Origin: an uncultured Gammaproteobacteria bacterium
GTDB lineage: Bacteria; Patescibacteriota; Microgenomatia; Levybacterales; UBA12049
Length of the DNA: 38,127 nucleotides
Direction of reading: 5' to 3'
Assembly: GCA_964469995.1 (NCBI GenBank)
Contig: CAYYAC010000001.1
Location: forward strand, 1 to 38,127
Part shown: piece by piece, positions 26,515 to 35,273 of the stretch
Layout: each line of letters starts with the position of its first letter
Numbering within the stretch: the first letter of the stretch is position 1
Position numbers and translations under genes: made by a program
Notes under the pieces: model-generated
Database searches by the model: none
Told to the model about the DNA's origin: nothing
What the model saw: the letters and a program-made list of their open reading frames with translations, nothing else

Positions 26515-27251
26515 TTTTAGCAACATATAATGAAGAGAAAAATCTTCCTGCTTGTCTGGATTCTGTAAAGAATTTTGCAGATGAAATAGTCATTGTAGAT
26601 GGAACTTCAAGTGATAATACAGTTGAGATAGCAAAAAGATATAAAGCTAGGGTTAAAATTGTAGAAAATCTTCAAAATTTCCACATAAATAAACAGAAGG
26701 CAATAGATATGGCAGCTTGTGATTGGATATTGCAGCTTGATGCAGATGAAAGAGTTTCTCCGGAATTACAATCTGAAATAAAATCAAAAATTAATGACGC
26801 AAAGCTTAATGGGTACTGGCTTCCTAGGAAGAATTGGTTTTTAGGAAGATTTTTAATGAAGGGAGGACAATATCCTGACTATACTTTGAGGCTTTATAGG
26901 AATGGCAAAGGCAGGCTTCCTCAAAAAGATGTACATGAGCAAGCAGTAGTCGAAGGAGAATTAGGATATTTAAAAAATCCTTTAATTCATATGGCTGACC
27001 CAGAGTTCGGAAGGTATTTCAAGAGATGGCAAAGATATACAGCATTTGCAGCAAAACAGCTAAAAGACGCTGGAATAAAATGGTACAACCCTATAATTGC
27101 CGTGAAACACTTATTTATTCTCCCTACTTGGTGGTTTCTTTTGACCTATGGAAGACATAAGGGCTTTATGGACGGCTGGCAGGGGTTTGTATTTTCTGCT
27201 TTCTCAGCTCTTAGATTTCCTGTATCATATATAAAGTATTTAGCATTATGA
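26496..27251 (+). CDS. GT2 glycosyltransferase, WaaE/KdtX-like subgroup
   Basis: Motifs MAKISVVLATYNEEKNLPACLDSVKNFADEIVIVDGTSSDNT, LDADERV, YPDYTLRLYRNG and a hydrophobic tail. It is the third paralog, after those at 3517 and 5329. Confidence 0.75.
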   Translation: MAKISVVLATYNEEKNLPACLDSVKNFADEIVIVDGTSSDNTVEIAKRYKARVKIVENLQNFHINKQKAIDMAACDWILQLDADERVSPELQSEIKSKINDAKLNGYWLPRKNWFLGRFLMKGGQYPDYTLRLYRNGKGRLPQKDVHEQAVVEGELGYLKNPLIHMADPEFGRYFKRWQRYTAFAAKQLKDAGIKWYNPIIAVKHLFILPTWWFLLTYGRHKGFMDGWQGFVFSAFSALRFPVSYIKYLAL

Positions 27252-28222
27252 AAATTTTAGTAACAGGCGGAGCGGGGTATATTGGAAGTTTTATGGTAAA
27301 ACGTCTTCTAGAAAGAGGAGATGAGGTTTTTATAATAGATAATTTATCTAGGGGGCATAAAGAAGCAATAGACAGCAGAGCCGCTCTTCTAGTGGGAGAT
27401 CTTCTTGATAAAAATTTTCTTTCAAGTGTTTTTTTAGAAAATAAATTTGATGCTATTGTTCATTTTGCGGGGTATATCTCAATGGGAGAGTCAGTAGAGA
27501 AGCCTTTTGAATATTTTAATAATAATGTTTTTGGATCATTGAATCTTATAAACCAAGCCAAGGAAAATAATTTGGATAATTTCATTTTTTCGTCTACCGC
27601 TGGAGTTTATGGAAATCCAATTCAAGTTCCTATAAAAGAAGATCACGAAAAAAATCCAACAAATCCATATGGTGAATCAAAACTTATGGTAGAAAAAATA
27701 CTTAGCTGGTTTAATAAAACTCACGGCTTATCTTTTACTGCTCTTAGATATTTTAATGCGGCAGGGGCAGCGCTTGATGGGACGTTAGGAGAAAATCATA
27801 ATCCCGAAACCCACATAATTCCAAATGCAATAAAAGCAGCATTGGAAAATAAGCCTTTTTCTCTTTTTGGAAATGACTATGATACGAAAGACGGTACATG
27901 CGTTAGAGATTATATTCATGTTTTAGACTTAGTTGAAGCTCATGTCCTTGCAATAGAAAAGATGAAAAAAGATAAGGGCGCATATTTCTATAATGTCGGT
28001 ACTGGAAATGGATATTCAAATAGAGAAATTTTGGAAATGATTAAAAAAGTATCAGGAATTGACTTTGAAATTAAAGAAGAAAACAGGAGGCCTGGGGATG
28101 CAAATGTTTTAATTGCAGACTCAACACTTATTAAAGATCAACTGGGTTTCTCTCCTAAATATTCTGACCTTGAGACAATAGTTAATACTGCATGGAAATG
28201 GCACTCCGGACAAAAACAATGA
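27248..28222 (+). CDS. galE: UDP-glucose (or UDP-hexose/HexNAc) 4-epimerase, SDR family
   Basis: 324 aa. Motifs MKILVTGGAGYIGS (Rossmann), FSSTAGVYG and PYGESK (YxxxK), with a GalE-like length and C-terminus. ATGA overlap upstream. Confidence 0.85.
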   Translation: MKILVTGGAGYIGSFMVKRLLERGDEVFIIDNLSRGHKEAIDSRAALLVGDLLDKNFLSSVFLENKFDAIVHFAGYISMGESVEKPFEYFNNNVFGSLNLINQAKENNLDNFIFSSTAGVYGNPIQVPIKEDHEKNPTNPYGESKLMVEKILSWFNKTHGLSFTALRYFNAAGAALDGTLGENHNPETHIIPNAIKAALENKPFSLFGNDYDTKDGTCVRDYIHVLDLVEAHVLAIEKMKKDKGAYFYNVGTGNGYSNREILEMIKKVSGIDFEIKEENRRPGDANVLIADSTLIKDQLGFSPKYSDLETIVNTAWKWHSGQKQ

Positions 28223-28746
28223 AACAAAAATTGCTTATAATTTTTGCCTTCCTATTTATTTTTCTTTACTCTTCAGCATCAAGCAACGCTAAATCTTCTT
28301 ATGTACTTCCTTATCCTTCTTCCATGCCGGGAAGTTTCTCTTACAAGCCCCATCTTTTGTTAGAAACCTTATCTAAGTATTGGTATTTTGGAAACTTTGG
28401 CCAATTTACATATAATCTTAAACAATCAGATAAATATTTGGTTGAAGCAAAAACGCTTTTTGAATATAACCAGTATTTATTAGGCTATAATGCTTTGCAA
28501 AAATCTGATTTATTTTTTAATCAAACTCTTCCAAACTTAGATAAAGCAAGAAAAGAAGGAAAAGATATATCTGAAAACTTAAAACTTTTAAAATCTGCTT
28601 CTGAAAAACACATAGAAGTTTTGATAAAGATTGGAGATGAGGTTCCGTCTAATTTTACATGGCAGCCTGAGAATGCTTCTGCATCTGTTTTGAATTTGAA
28701 ATCTTCTATAGAAAATTCAATTAAAATAAGAAAGAGTTACTTATGA
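28219..28746 (+). CDS. Secreted/envelope helical protein of unknown function
   Basis: The start at 28219 (ATGA overlap with the galE stop) gives the signal-peptide-like N-terminus MKQKLLIIFAFLFIFLYSSASSNA. The mature part begins SSYVLPYPSSMPGS and is rich in K/E/L (helical). It resembles a YxLPYPG-type N-terminal motif that I recall in many CPR hypothetical proteins. I cannot confirm the family identity. Confidence 0.6.
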   Translation: MKQKLLIIFAFLFIFLYSSASSNAKSSYVLPYPSSMPGSFSYKPHLLLETLSKYWYFGNFGQFTYNLKQSDKYLVEAKTLFEYNQYLLGYNALQKSDLFFNQTLPNLDKARKEGKDISENLKLLKSASEKHIEVLIKIGDEVPSNFTWQPENASASVLNLKSSIENSIKIRKSYL

Positions 28747-29879
28747 AAAAAGTGTTATTTTTGTCTTATTCGCTGTTCTTGTTATCCTTAACTTTTTTTT
28801 CTTATCTTTTCATAGATCCCAATTTAAATTATCTAAAAAATCTTTATTCTGAATTTATTTTTAATCATAGAATAGAGACAACGTTAATATACTCTCTTTT
28901 AATTATAATATTCTTTATTTTTTATGGCATTTTTATAAAACAGACAATAGATAATAAATTTACAAAAAAAGACATCAAATTTCTGCTTATTATAACTGGG
29001 ATTATACTTTTTTTAGCCTACCCCGCAATGCTTTCTTTTGATATCTTTAACTATATTCTCACTGCGAAGGTTGCTTATTTTTATCATGAAAATCCTTATG
29101 TTGTTATGCCTGTTCAGCTTGCTAGGGAGCCTCTTTTAGCATTTGCGCATGGAGCAAATAAAATAGCGTTATATGGGCCTACGTGGATTCTGTTTACCGC
29201 CTTGCCATATTTCTTAGGGTTTGGAAATTTTATAATCACTCTTTTTAGCTTCAAAATTGTATCAGTTGTATTTTATTTTTTGACCTCTTGGCTAATTTTT
29301 AAAATAACAAAGAATATTTTATCTGTTGTAATTTTTGCTTTAAATCCTTTAGTAGCTATAGAGGTTTTGCTAAGTGGACACAATGATATTTTTATGATGT
29401 TTTTGGCAATTTCTGCTCTTTTTTTCTTATCCAAAAAGAAAATCTTTTTATCATTTATAATCCTTTTTATGTCTATTTTTGTGAAATACGCTACCTTATT
29501 CTTGCTTCCCATTTTTTCTTATGTATTGGTTTCGTATCTTAATAAAAAATACGTAAATTGGAATAAAGTTTATCTTTTATCTTCAGTTGCTATGATAGTC
29601 CCTTTTTTTCTAGCTCCAATTAGAGAAGAAATATATCCATGGTACGCCTTATGGTTTTTAACTTTTTCTTGTCTTTTGCCAAAGAATAAGAATTTGCTGA
29701 TTCTTTCTGGAGTTTTTTCTTTTTCTCTTCTTTTAAGATACATTCCCTTCATGCTCCTTGGTACTTATTTTTCTCCAACACCTTTTATTAAAATTGTTGT
29801 TACTTTTGTGCCCCCTGTTGTTGCGCTCGTTTATATTTTTATTTCTGAAAAATTATGGTTAAAAAAGTCTTATCTCTAA
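28743..29879 (+). CDS. Polytopic membrane protein, GT87/DUF2029-like GT-C candidate (second paralog)
   Basis: 378 aa with about 10 helices. Motifs SFDIFNYILTAKVAYFYHENPY and SGHNDIFMMFLAISALFFLSKKK...FVKYATLFLLP. It parallels the CDS at 13620. ATGA overlap upstream. Confidence 0.6.
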   Translation: MKKVLFLSYSLFLLSLTFFSYLFIDPNLNYLKNLYSEFIFNHRIETTLIYSLLIIIFFIFYGIFIKQTIDNKFTKKDIKFLLIITGIILFLAYPAMLSFDIFNYILTAKVAYFYHENPYVVMPVQLAREPLLAFAHGANKIALYGPTWILFTALPYFLGFGNFIITLFSFKIVSVVFYFLTSWLIFKITKNILSVVIFALNPLVAIEVLLSGHNDIFMMFLAISALFFLSKKKIFLSFIILFMSIFVKYATLFLLPIFSYVLVSYLNKKYVNWNKVYLLSSVAMIVPFFLAPIREEIYPWYALWFLTFSCLLPKNKNLLILSGVFSFSLLLRYIPFMLLGTYFSPTPFIKIVVTFVPPVVALVYIFISEKLWLKKSYL

Positions 29880-31483
29880 TAATTATTTCACTTCTCGCAG
29901 CTTTTGCAGGTTTTGCTCTTTTGCATCCAGGGCTTGTGCCAACTCATGATGGGGAATACCACGTTGTCAGATTCTATGAATTTAATAAAGCATTTATGGA
30001 TGGAAATCTGTATCCAAGATGGGCTCCAGACTTAAATAACGGGTTTGGACTTCCTCTTTTTAATTATGTATATCCTCTTCCAAATTACATTGCAGTTTTA
30101 TTCCATGTTATTGGAATGTCTTTTATTGATGCTTTCAAAATTGAAATGTTTCTCTCTCTTGTAGTTGGAGGGATATTTTTTTACCTTTGGGCAAAGCAAT
30201 TTTGGGGAGAATTTGGAGGAATGGTCTCTGCAATTGTTTTTACATTTTCTCCTTATAGATTTGTAGATATATATATTCGAGGTTCTGTTGGTGAATGTTT
30301 AGCTCTTGCAATTTTTCCTGCATTACTTTGGTCAATAACAGTTTTTATAAAAACCAGGAATAAAATATTTTTTCCCATATCTTCTTTACTTTTTGCTTTG
30401 CTTATACTCTCTCATAATATTTTGGCATTAATGTTTTCTGTTTTTTTGTTTCTTTATGTTCTATGTTTCATTTTTCAAAGCAAAGACAGAAGGAAATTTA
30501 TTCTTGAGTGTAGTGGAATTTTACTGCTTGGTCTTTGTGCATCATCTGTTTTTTGGCTTCCAGCGCTTTTGGAGAAAAAATTTGTTTTAGGACTGGAGAT
30601 TTTTGATGTTGCAAGTAATTTCCCAATGTTTTATCAGCTTATAATTCCAACCTGGGGATCTGGTTTTTCCGGTGCGGGTATACAAGATGAGATTTCTTTT
30701 CAAATCGGCATAGCGAATTTATGCTCTATAGTTCTCGGTATCGTGGGTTTCTTTTTTATTAAGAAAGATAATAAAATTGTGAATTTATTTTTTATAATCT
30801 CATCCTTTGTAGTTATTTTTTTGATGCTCGCCCCTTCTCTTTTTTTATGGCAGCATATTCCACTTCTTAATTATTTTCAATTTCCATGGAGACTTTTAAG
30901 TCTTGAAATAATAATTTGTTCTTTTTTGGCAGGGTCAGTTATCAGATTTAAAAAACTAGGTAAATTTGTAGGATTATTTTTAATTATTTTATCCGTTCTC
31001 TTAGGTATTGGTTATTCAAAGCCTGCCTATTATTTAGATAGAACAGATGTTTACTATGAAACACATTCTAATTTTATAGATGGTACAAACAGTCCGGGGA
31101 ATGCATTTAATACAGTTTGGTTTGCAGGTCAGGACAAAAAAACTCAAAAATTTTCTGAATCTGACAAGTCTGTGACAGTTAATTTCTCCAAGATTTCAAC
31201 ATCAGATTATATAGCAAGAACTAATTCTCTTCGTAGCTCGAATATAATTGTAAACACTGCATATTTTCCTGGTTGGAATGCATATATTGATGGTAAAAAA
31301 GTAAATACAAAAATAACAAAAGAAGGTCTTTTTTCTTTTAGTCTTCCTTCGGGAAAACATTTTCTTGAGGTAAAGTTAGAGGATACGTTTATTAGGAAAA
31401 TATCTATTATTATTTCTATATTTTCATGTGCTGTTTTACTTAGTCTCATGTGGTCTGCTAGAATAAAAGGTAAGCATGAATAA
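29855..31483 (+). CDS. Family-A polytopic membrane protein, putative GT-C-like glycosyltransferase
   Basis: Motifs PTHDGEYHVVRF, YPRWAPDLNNGFG, SPYRFVDIYIRGSVGE, ILSHN, SSVFWLPALLEK, FQFPWRLL and NTAYFPGWNAYIDGKKV...SGKHFLEVKL plus a final TM helix. Confidence 0.8.
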   Translation: MVKKVLSLIIISLLAAFAGFALLHPGLVPTHDGEYHVVRFYEFNKAFMDGNLYPRWAPDLNNGFGLPLFNYVYPLPNYIAVLFHVIGMSFIDAFKIEMFLSLVVGGIFFYLWAKQFWGEFGGMVSAIVFTFSPYRFVDIYIRGSVGECLALAIFPALLWSITVFIKTRNKIFFPISSLLFALLILSHNILALMFSVFLFLYVLCFIFQSKDRRKFILECSGILLLGLCASSVFWLPALLEKKFVLGLEIFDVASNFPMFYQLIIPTWGSGFSGAGIQDEISFQIGIANLCSIVLGIVGFFFIKKDNKIVNLFFIISSFVVIFLMLAPSLFLWQHIPLLNYFQFPWRLLSLEIIICSFLAGSVIRFKKLGKFVGLFLIILSVLLGIGYSKPAYYLDRTDVYYETHSNFIDGTNSPGNAFNTVWFAGQDKKTQKFSESDKSVTVNFSKISTSDYIARTNSLRSSNIIVNTAYFPGWNAYIDGKKVNTKITKEGLFSFSLPSGKHFLEVKLEDTFIRKISIIISIFSCAVLLSLMWSARIKGKHE

Positions 31484-33089
31484 AAAATATATATTGTTGT
31501 TTTTTGTTATTCTTTTGGCATCTTTTTTAAGATTATGGCAGCTTGGTAGCGTTCCTTCTGGAGTTCATGCGGATGAGGCAAATCAGGGGTATACAGTTTT
31601 CAGTCTTTTAAAAACAGGAGTAGATCTTAGCGGAAAATTTAACGTGTTTGGCTTAACAGACACAAATACAGGAGGAACGTATCCTCCTATTTATAGCTAT
31701 GTGTTAATGCCACTGGTTAATTTTTTTGGACTTAGCATTTCCGTTGTCAGATTTCCGTCTGCAGCTTTTGGTATCATTTCTGTATTTCTTGTATTTCTTG
31801 TTTCAAGAAAATTATTTGGCTCTTATTATCTTTCTTTGATTGCAGCACTTCTTTTTGCTCTTAATCCTTGGGCGATACATATTTCAAGGCAGGCATTAGG
31901 GGAATCTATTTCTCTTTTTACCGTGCTTTCTGGGATAACATTTTTTCTGTATTCCGATAAAAACAAATATCTTCTTTTTCTGTCTTCTCTTGTGTTTGGT
32001 TTGTCGTTATATTCGTATGATGCTCCAAAGGTATTCTTGCCATTGTTTATTCCATTGCTTGTATATTTTTACTGGGATAAAATAAAAAAATTCAGAAAAG
32101 CAATATCTATATCAGCAGTCATATTTGCCATATTTTATTTGTCTATATTCTTTGGAAGCGTTTCTGATTATAAAAATGAATCCATTTTTGGTTCCGTTTC
32201 GGAAAATGTAGATATAGAAAGAACTCTGACAACTGCGCCATTGTGGGAGAGTTCAATTTTTCATAATAAATTCTCTGTTTCTCTTAAAAGACTCGAGACA
32301 AGCTATTCTACTATCTTTTCCGTAAATTGGCTTTTTGTTAATGGAAGCGGAAATCTTCAGCATTCTGTAGGAAATCATGGCGAATTTTATCTCTTTGAGC
32401 TTCCATTCTTTTTTATTGGAATGTATCTTGCTTTCAAAAAGAATACTAAGCTTGGATTTTTTCTTTTAGGCTGGATGCTTATTGGGGCTCTTCCAGGAGC
32501 AGTAACAGCAACTGGTAATTTTGTATATCGTTCAGTTCATGTACTGCCTGTTCCCATACTTTTTTCATCACTTGGAATAGTGTGGTTTGTTAAAATTTTA
32601 AGAAAAAGTAAAGACATTGTTAAATATCCAGTTGGAGCACTCTTTATTCTTTTTTCTTTAATATATGTTTGTTCTTATCTTTTTACATATTTTTTTGATT
32701 ATCCAGTTTATGCATCCGAGTATTGGGCAAAACAGCAAAATAGCGCGATACTATACGTAGAGAAAAACAAAAGTAACTATGCGAACGTTTTCGTAGATGG
32801 GGGACAGCCATGGGCGACAACTTATGCCTATTTTTATAAAGTAGACCCAACTTATTACCAGAGAGCAGTTGGAAATAAAACTATGTATAAAGGCATAGAT
32901 GTAATAAAAATTGATAATATGTATTTTGGAGATTTTAATCTAAGCGAGATTAGTACTCCCTCTGCATTTTTTCCTAAAGACTCTATGATAATTACAAATT
33001 CAACAAATTTTTCAAATCAAAAATTTATAGAATCTTTTAAAGATCCCGGAGGAGTTAGGGACATTTTTAAAGTTTTCATAGTAAGATAA
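31476..33089 (+). CDS. PMT/ArnT-like GT-C membrane glycosyltransferase, dispersed fifth plus-strand copy
   Basis: 537 aa. Motifs VHADEANQGYTVFS and LNPWAIHISRQALGES, with a polytopic core and the C-terminal soluble domain TTYAYFYKVDPTYYQ. ATGAATAA overlap upstream. Confidence 0.8.
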   Translation: MNKKYILLFFVILLASFLRLWQLGSVPSGVHADEANQGYTVFSLLKTGVDLSGKFNVFGLTDTNTGGTYPPIYSYVLMPLVNFFGLSISVVRFPSAAFGIISVFLVFLVSRKLFGSYYLSLIAALLFALNPWAIHISRQALGESISLFTVLSGITFFLYSDKNKYLLFLSSLVFGLSLYSYDAPKVFLPLFIPLLVYFYWDKIKKFRKAISISAVIFAIFYLSIFFGSVSDYKNESIFGSVSENVDIERTLTTAPLWESSIFHNKFSVSLKRLETSYSTIFSVNWLFVNGSGNLQHSVGNHGEFYLFELPFFFIGMYLAFKKNTKLGFFLLGWMLIGALPGAVTATGNFVYRSVHVLPVPILFSSLGIVWFVKILRKSKDIVKYPVGALFILFSLIYVCSYLFTYFFDYPVYASEYWAKQQNSAILYVEKNKSNYANVFVDGGQPWATTYAYFYKVDPTYYQRAVGNKTMYKGIDVIKIDNMYFGDFNLSEISTPSAFFPKDSMIITNSTNFSNQKFIESFKDPGGVRDIFKVFIVR

Positions 33090-33099
33090 TATAAGCAAA

Positions 33100-34164
33100 A
33101 TGCGCATAGCAATTGACATATCTCCCCTTAAGACAGGAAATTTTTTAAAACACAGCATAAGAGGGTCTGGTTTTTATTTGGAAAATTTAAATAAATCTTT
33201 AAAGAAGTTTTTCCCAAACAATGATTATGTATTTTTTACAAACGAAGAATCTGTCCCCAATGATGTAAGTGTCGTTCATTATCCATACTTTGAGCCATTT
33301 TTTTTAACCTTACCCCTTGTGAACAAAAATAAATTCTTGGTAACTGTTCATGATTTAACCCCTTTGGTATTTCCTGAACATTTTCCTCCTGGAATTAAAG
33401 GCAAACTTAAATGGTTTCTTCAGAAACGTAAGTTAAAAAAAGCAAGTTTAATTATTACGGATTCTGAATGTTCAAAGAAGGATATTGCTAATTTTACGGG
33501 AATAAAAAAAGAAAAGATAAAAGTAATATATTTATCTGCAGGAGAAGAATTTAGACAGATTGAAGATAAAAAGAATTTGGACATTATAAAAACAAAGTAT
33601 AATCTTCCTGATAAATTTGTTTTGTATGTTGGAGATGCTACTTGGAATAAAAACCTGCCTGCACTTTTTAAAGCAATTGGTAGAGAAAATCTTCCTTTTG
33701 TTGTGGTAGGCAAAACTATCGCTGATGAATCTTTTGATAGAAAAAATCCTTGGAATAGAGATTTGACTATGATTCAGGATTTTATAAAAACTAGTAAGAA
33801 TATTTCCCCTTTGGGATTTGTTCCAACGGATGATCTTGTTTCTATATATAATTTAGCCACAGTTCTTGTCATGCCATCTTTATATGAAGGATTTGGACTG
33901 CCAATTCTGGAAGCAATGAATTGCGGCTGTCCTGTTGTTGTGTCAAAAGAAGGTTCTATAGAAGAAATAGCTGGTAGTGCAGCAGAATATGTTGATGCCA
34001 GTAGCGTAGATAGTATTGCTCGGGGCATTAAAAAAGTTTTTTTAGATTCAGATTTGCAAAAAAAATTATCAGAAAAAGGTAGAGTTCAATCTGCCAAGTT
34101 TTCTTGGGAGAAAGCTGTGAAAGAAACCATGGAATCATATGAAAAAGTGGCTCTTCTCAAATAA
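33100..34164 (+). CDS. GT4 (Glycos_transf_1) glycosyltransferase
   Basis: 354 aa. It has the EX7E motif EGFGLPILEAMNCGCPVVVS and a GT-B N-terminus MRIAIDISPL. Confidence 0.8.
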   Translation: MRIAIDISPLKTGNFLKHSIRGSGFYLENLNKSLKKFFPNNDYVFFTNEESVPNDVSVVHYPYFEPFFLTLPLVNKNKFLVTVHDLTPLVFPEHFPPGIKGKLKWFLQKRKLKKASLIITDSECSKKDIANFTGIKKEKIKVIYLSAGEEFRQIEDKKNLDIIKTKYNLPDKFVLYVGDATWNKNLPALFKAIGRENLPFVVVGKTIADESFDRKNPWNRDLTMIQDFIKTSKNISPLGFVPTDDLVSIYNLATVLVMPSLYEGFGLPILEAMNCGCPVVVSKEGSIEEIAGSAAEYVDASSVDSIARGIKKVFLDSDLQKKLSEKGRVQSAKFSWEKAVKETMESYEKVALLK

Positions 34165-35257
34165 ACAGAATTTACTATTTATTTTTAAGGTTTTTCTCCT
34201 TGCTAGAATAGTTATTTTTGTTTCTGAATTTTTTTCATATAGCATTGTTAAACATTTGGGATTTCTAGGACCTACTAGATGGGCAAATTTAGACGGAGTT
34301 CATTACCTGAATATAGCTCAATGGGGATATTCCACTTTCGAGCAGGCATTTTTTCCAATATTTCCCCTTGCTGTAAAAATCTTCGCTATTTTTACTAGAG
34401 ATTATGTCTTTTCGGGTTTTATAATTACTTACACAAGTCTTTTTATGTCACTTTTTGTTTTTTTCAAATTAGTAAATTTGGATTTTTCGAAAAATGTAGC
34501 TAAATGGAGTTTGGTGTTCTTATTGTTATTTCCTACTAGTTTTTTTCTTTTTAGTATCTATACGGAATCTTTATTTTTGTTGTTTTTGTTTTTGTCATTT
34601 TATTTTGCAAGGAAAGAAAATTTTCTAATAGCAGCTGTATTTGCAGGATTGGCTTCAGGCACTAGATTAGTTGGTATATTTATACTTCCAGCAATTCTAA
34701 TAGAGTTTTATTTATATGCAAGGGGTAAGAGAATTAATCCATTTAAGTTGATTTATGATTCTATATTTTTGAGTTTTGTATCAATGCTAGGATTTGCTTC
34801 TTATTCTTATTATCTTTGGAGCAGGTGGGCAGATCCATTGTATTTCATACATGCGTTTCCTGCGTATGGTGTAGGAAGAAGCGGAGGGCAAATAATACTT
34901 TTGCCGCAAGTAATGTTCAGATATTTTAAAATTTTTACGACAGTATCACCCCTAACTCACGATTTTTTAATTGCTGTTTTGGAGATTTCTATATTTGTTC
35001 TATTTGTTGGAGTTTTATTGGTTAATTTCAGAAAAATAAGATTGTCTTATTTTGTATTTAGTTGTTTAGCAATTTTGGGACCTACATTAACCGGAACATT
35101 ATCATCTGAGCCTAGGTATGTCTTAGCAGGTTTTCCCGTTTTTATCATTTTGGGAGGAATAGGCAATAAAAAAATTAGGATAGCCCTAGTTTTGTGTTCT
35201 ACGGCGTTGCTTTCAGTACTTGCTGCATATTTTCTTCAGGGCTATTTTATAGCGTAA
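34139..35257 (+). CDS. PIG-V-like (GT76, Mannosyl_trans2-type) GT-C membrane mannosyltransferase candidate
   Basis: 372 aa, polytopic. Motifs WANLDGVHYLNIAQWGYSTFEQAFFPIFPL, FPTSFFLFSIYTESLFLL and LASGTRLVGIF match the WDxxxYLxIAxxGY...AFFPL / YTESLF pattern I recall for this family. Confidence 0.65.
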   Translation: MKKWLFSNKQNLLFIFKVFLLARIVIFVSEFFSYSIVKHLGFLGPTRWANLDGVHYLNIAQWGYSTFEQAFFPIFPLAVKIFAIFTRDYVFSGFIITYTSLFMSLFVFFKLVNLDFSKNVAKWSLVFLLLFPTSFFLFSIYTESLFLLFLFLSFYFARKENFLIAAVFAGLASGTRLVGIFILPAILIEFYLYARGKRINPFKLIYDSIFLSFVSMLGFASYSYYLWSRWADPLYFIHAFPAYGVGRSGGQIILLPQVMFRYFKIFTTVSPLTHDFLIAVLEISIFVLFVGVLLVNFRKIRLSYFVFSCLAILGPTLTGTLSSEPRYVLAGFPVFIILGGIGNKKIRIALVLCSTALLSVLAAYFLQGYFIA

Positions 35258-35264
35258 TAATATT

Positions 35265-35273
35265 TGCTATACT
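35265..35273 (+). promoter_or_regulatory. Extended -10 element TGcTATACT, 6 nt upstream of the cupin gene ATG
   Basis: TG at 35265-35266 and TATACT at 35268-35273, then aaggtt, then the ATG at 35280. This lies in the largest non-coding gap (22 nt) of the downstream 21.5 kb. Hexamer matching only. Confidence 0.3.

Noticed and set aside
28793-28800. Homopolymer tracts as phase-variation switches, for example T8 at 28793-28800 early in the GT87-like gene, and A/T runs of 7-8 nt elsewhere.
   Set aside because: Runs of this length are expected throughout DNA this AT-rich. They are not concentrated at the 5' ends of genes, and I found no longer tracts or simple-sequence repeats. Population data would be needed for any evidence of slippage.
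33085-33099. A -10-like GATAAT/TATAAG in the 10-nt gap before the GT4 gene at 33100.
   Set aside because: It overlaps the upstream stop codon, has no TG extension or -35, and its spacing to the ATG fits neither a leaderless nor a leadered start well. It cannot be told apart from AT-rich background.
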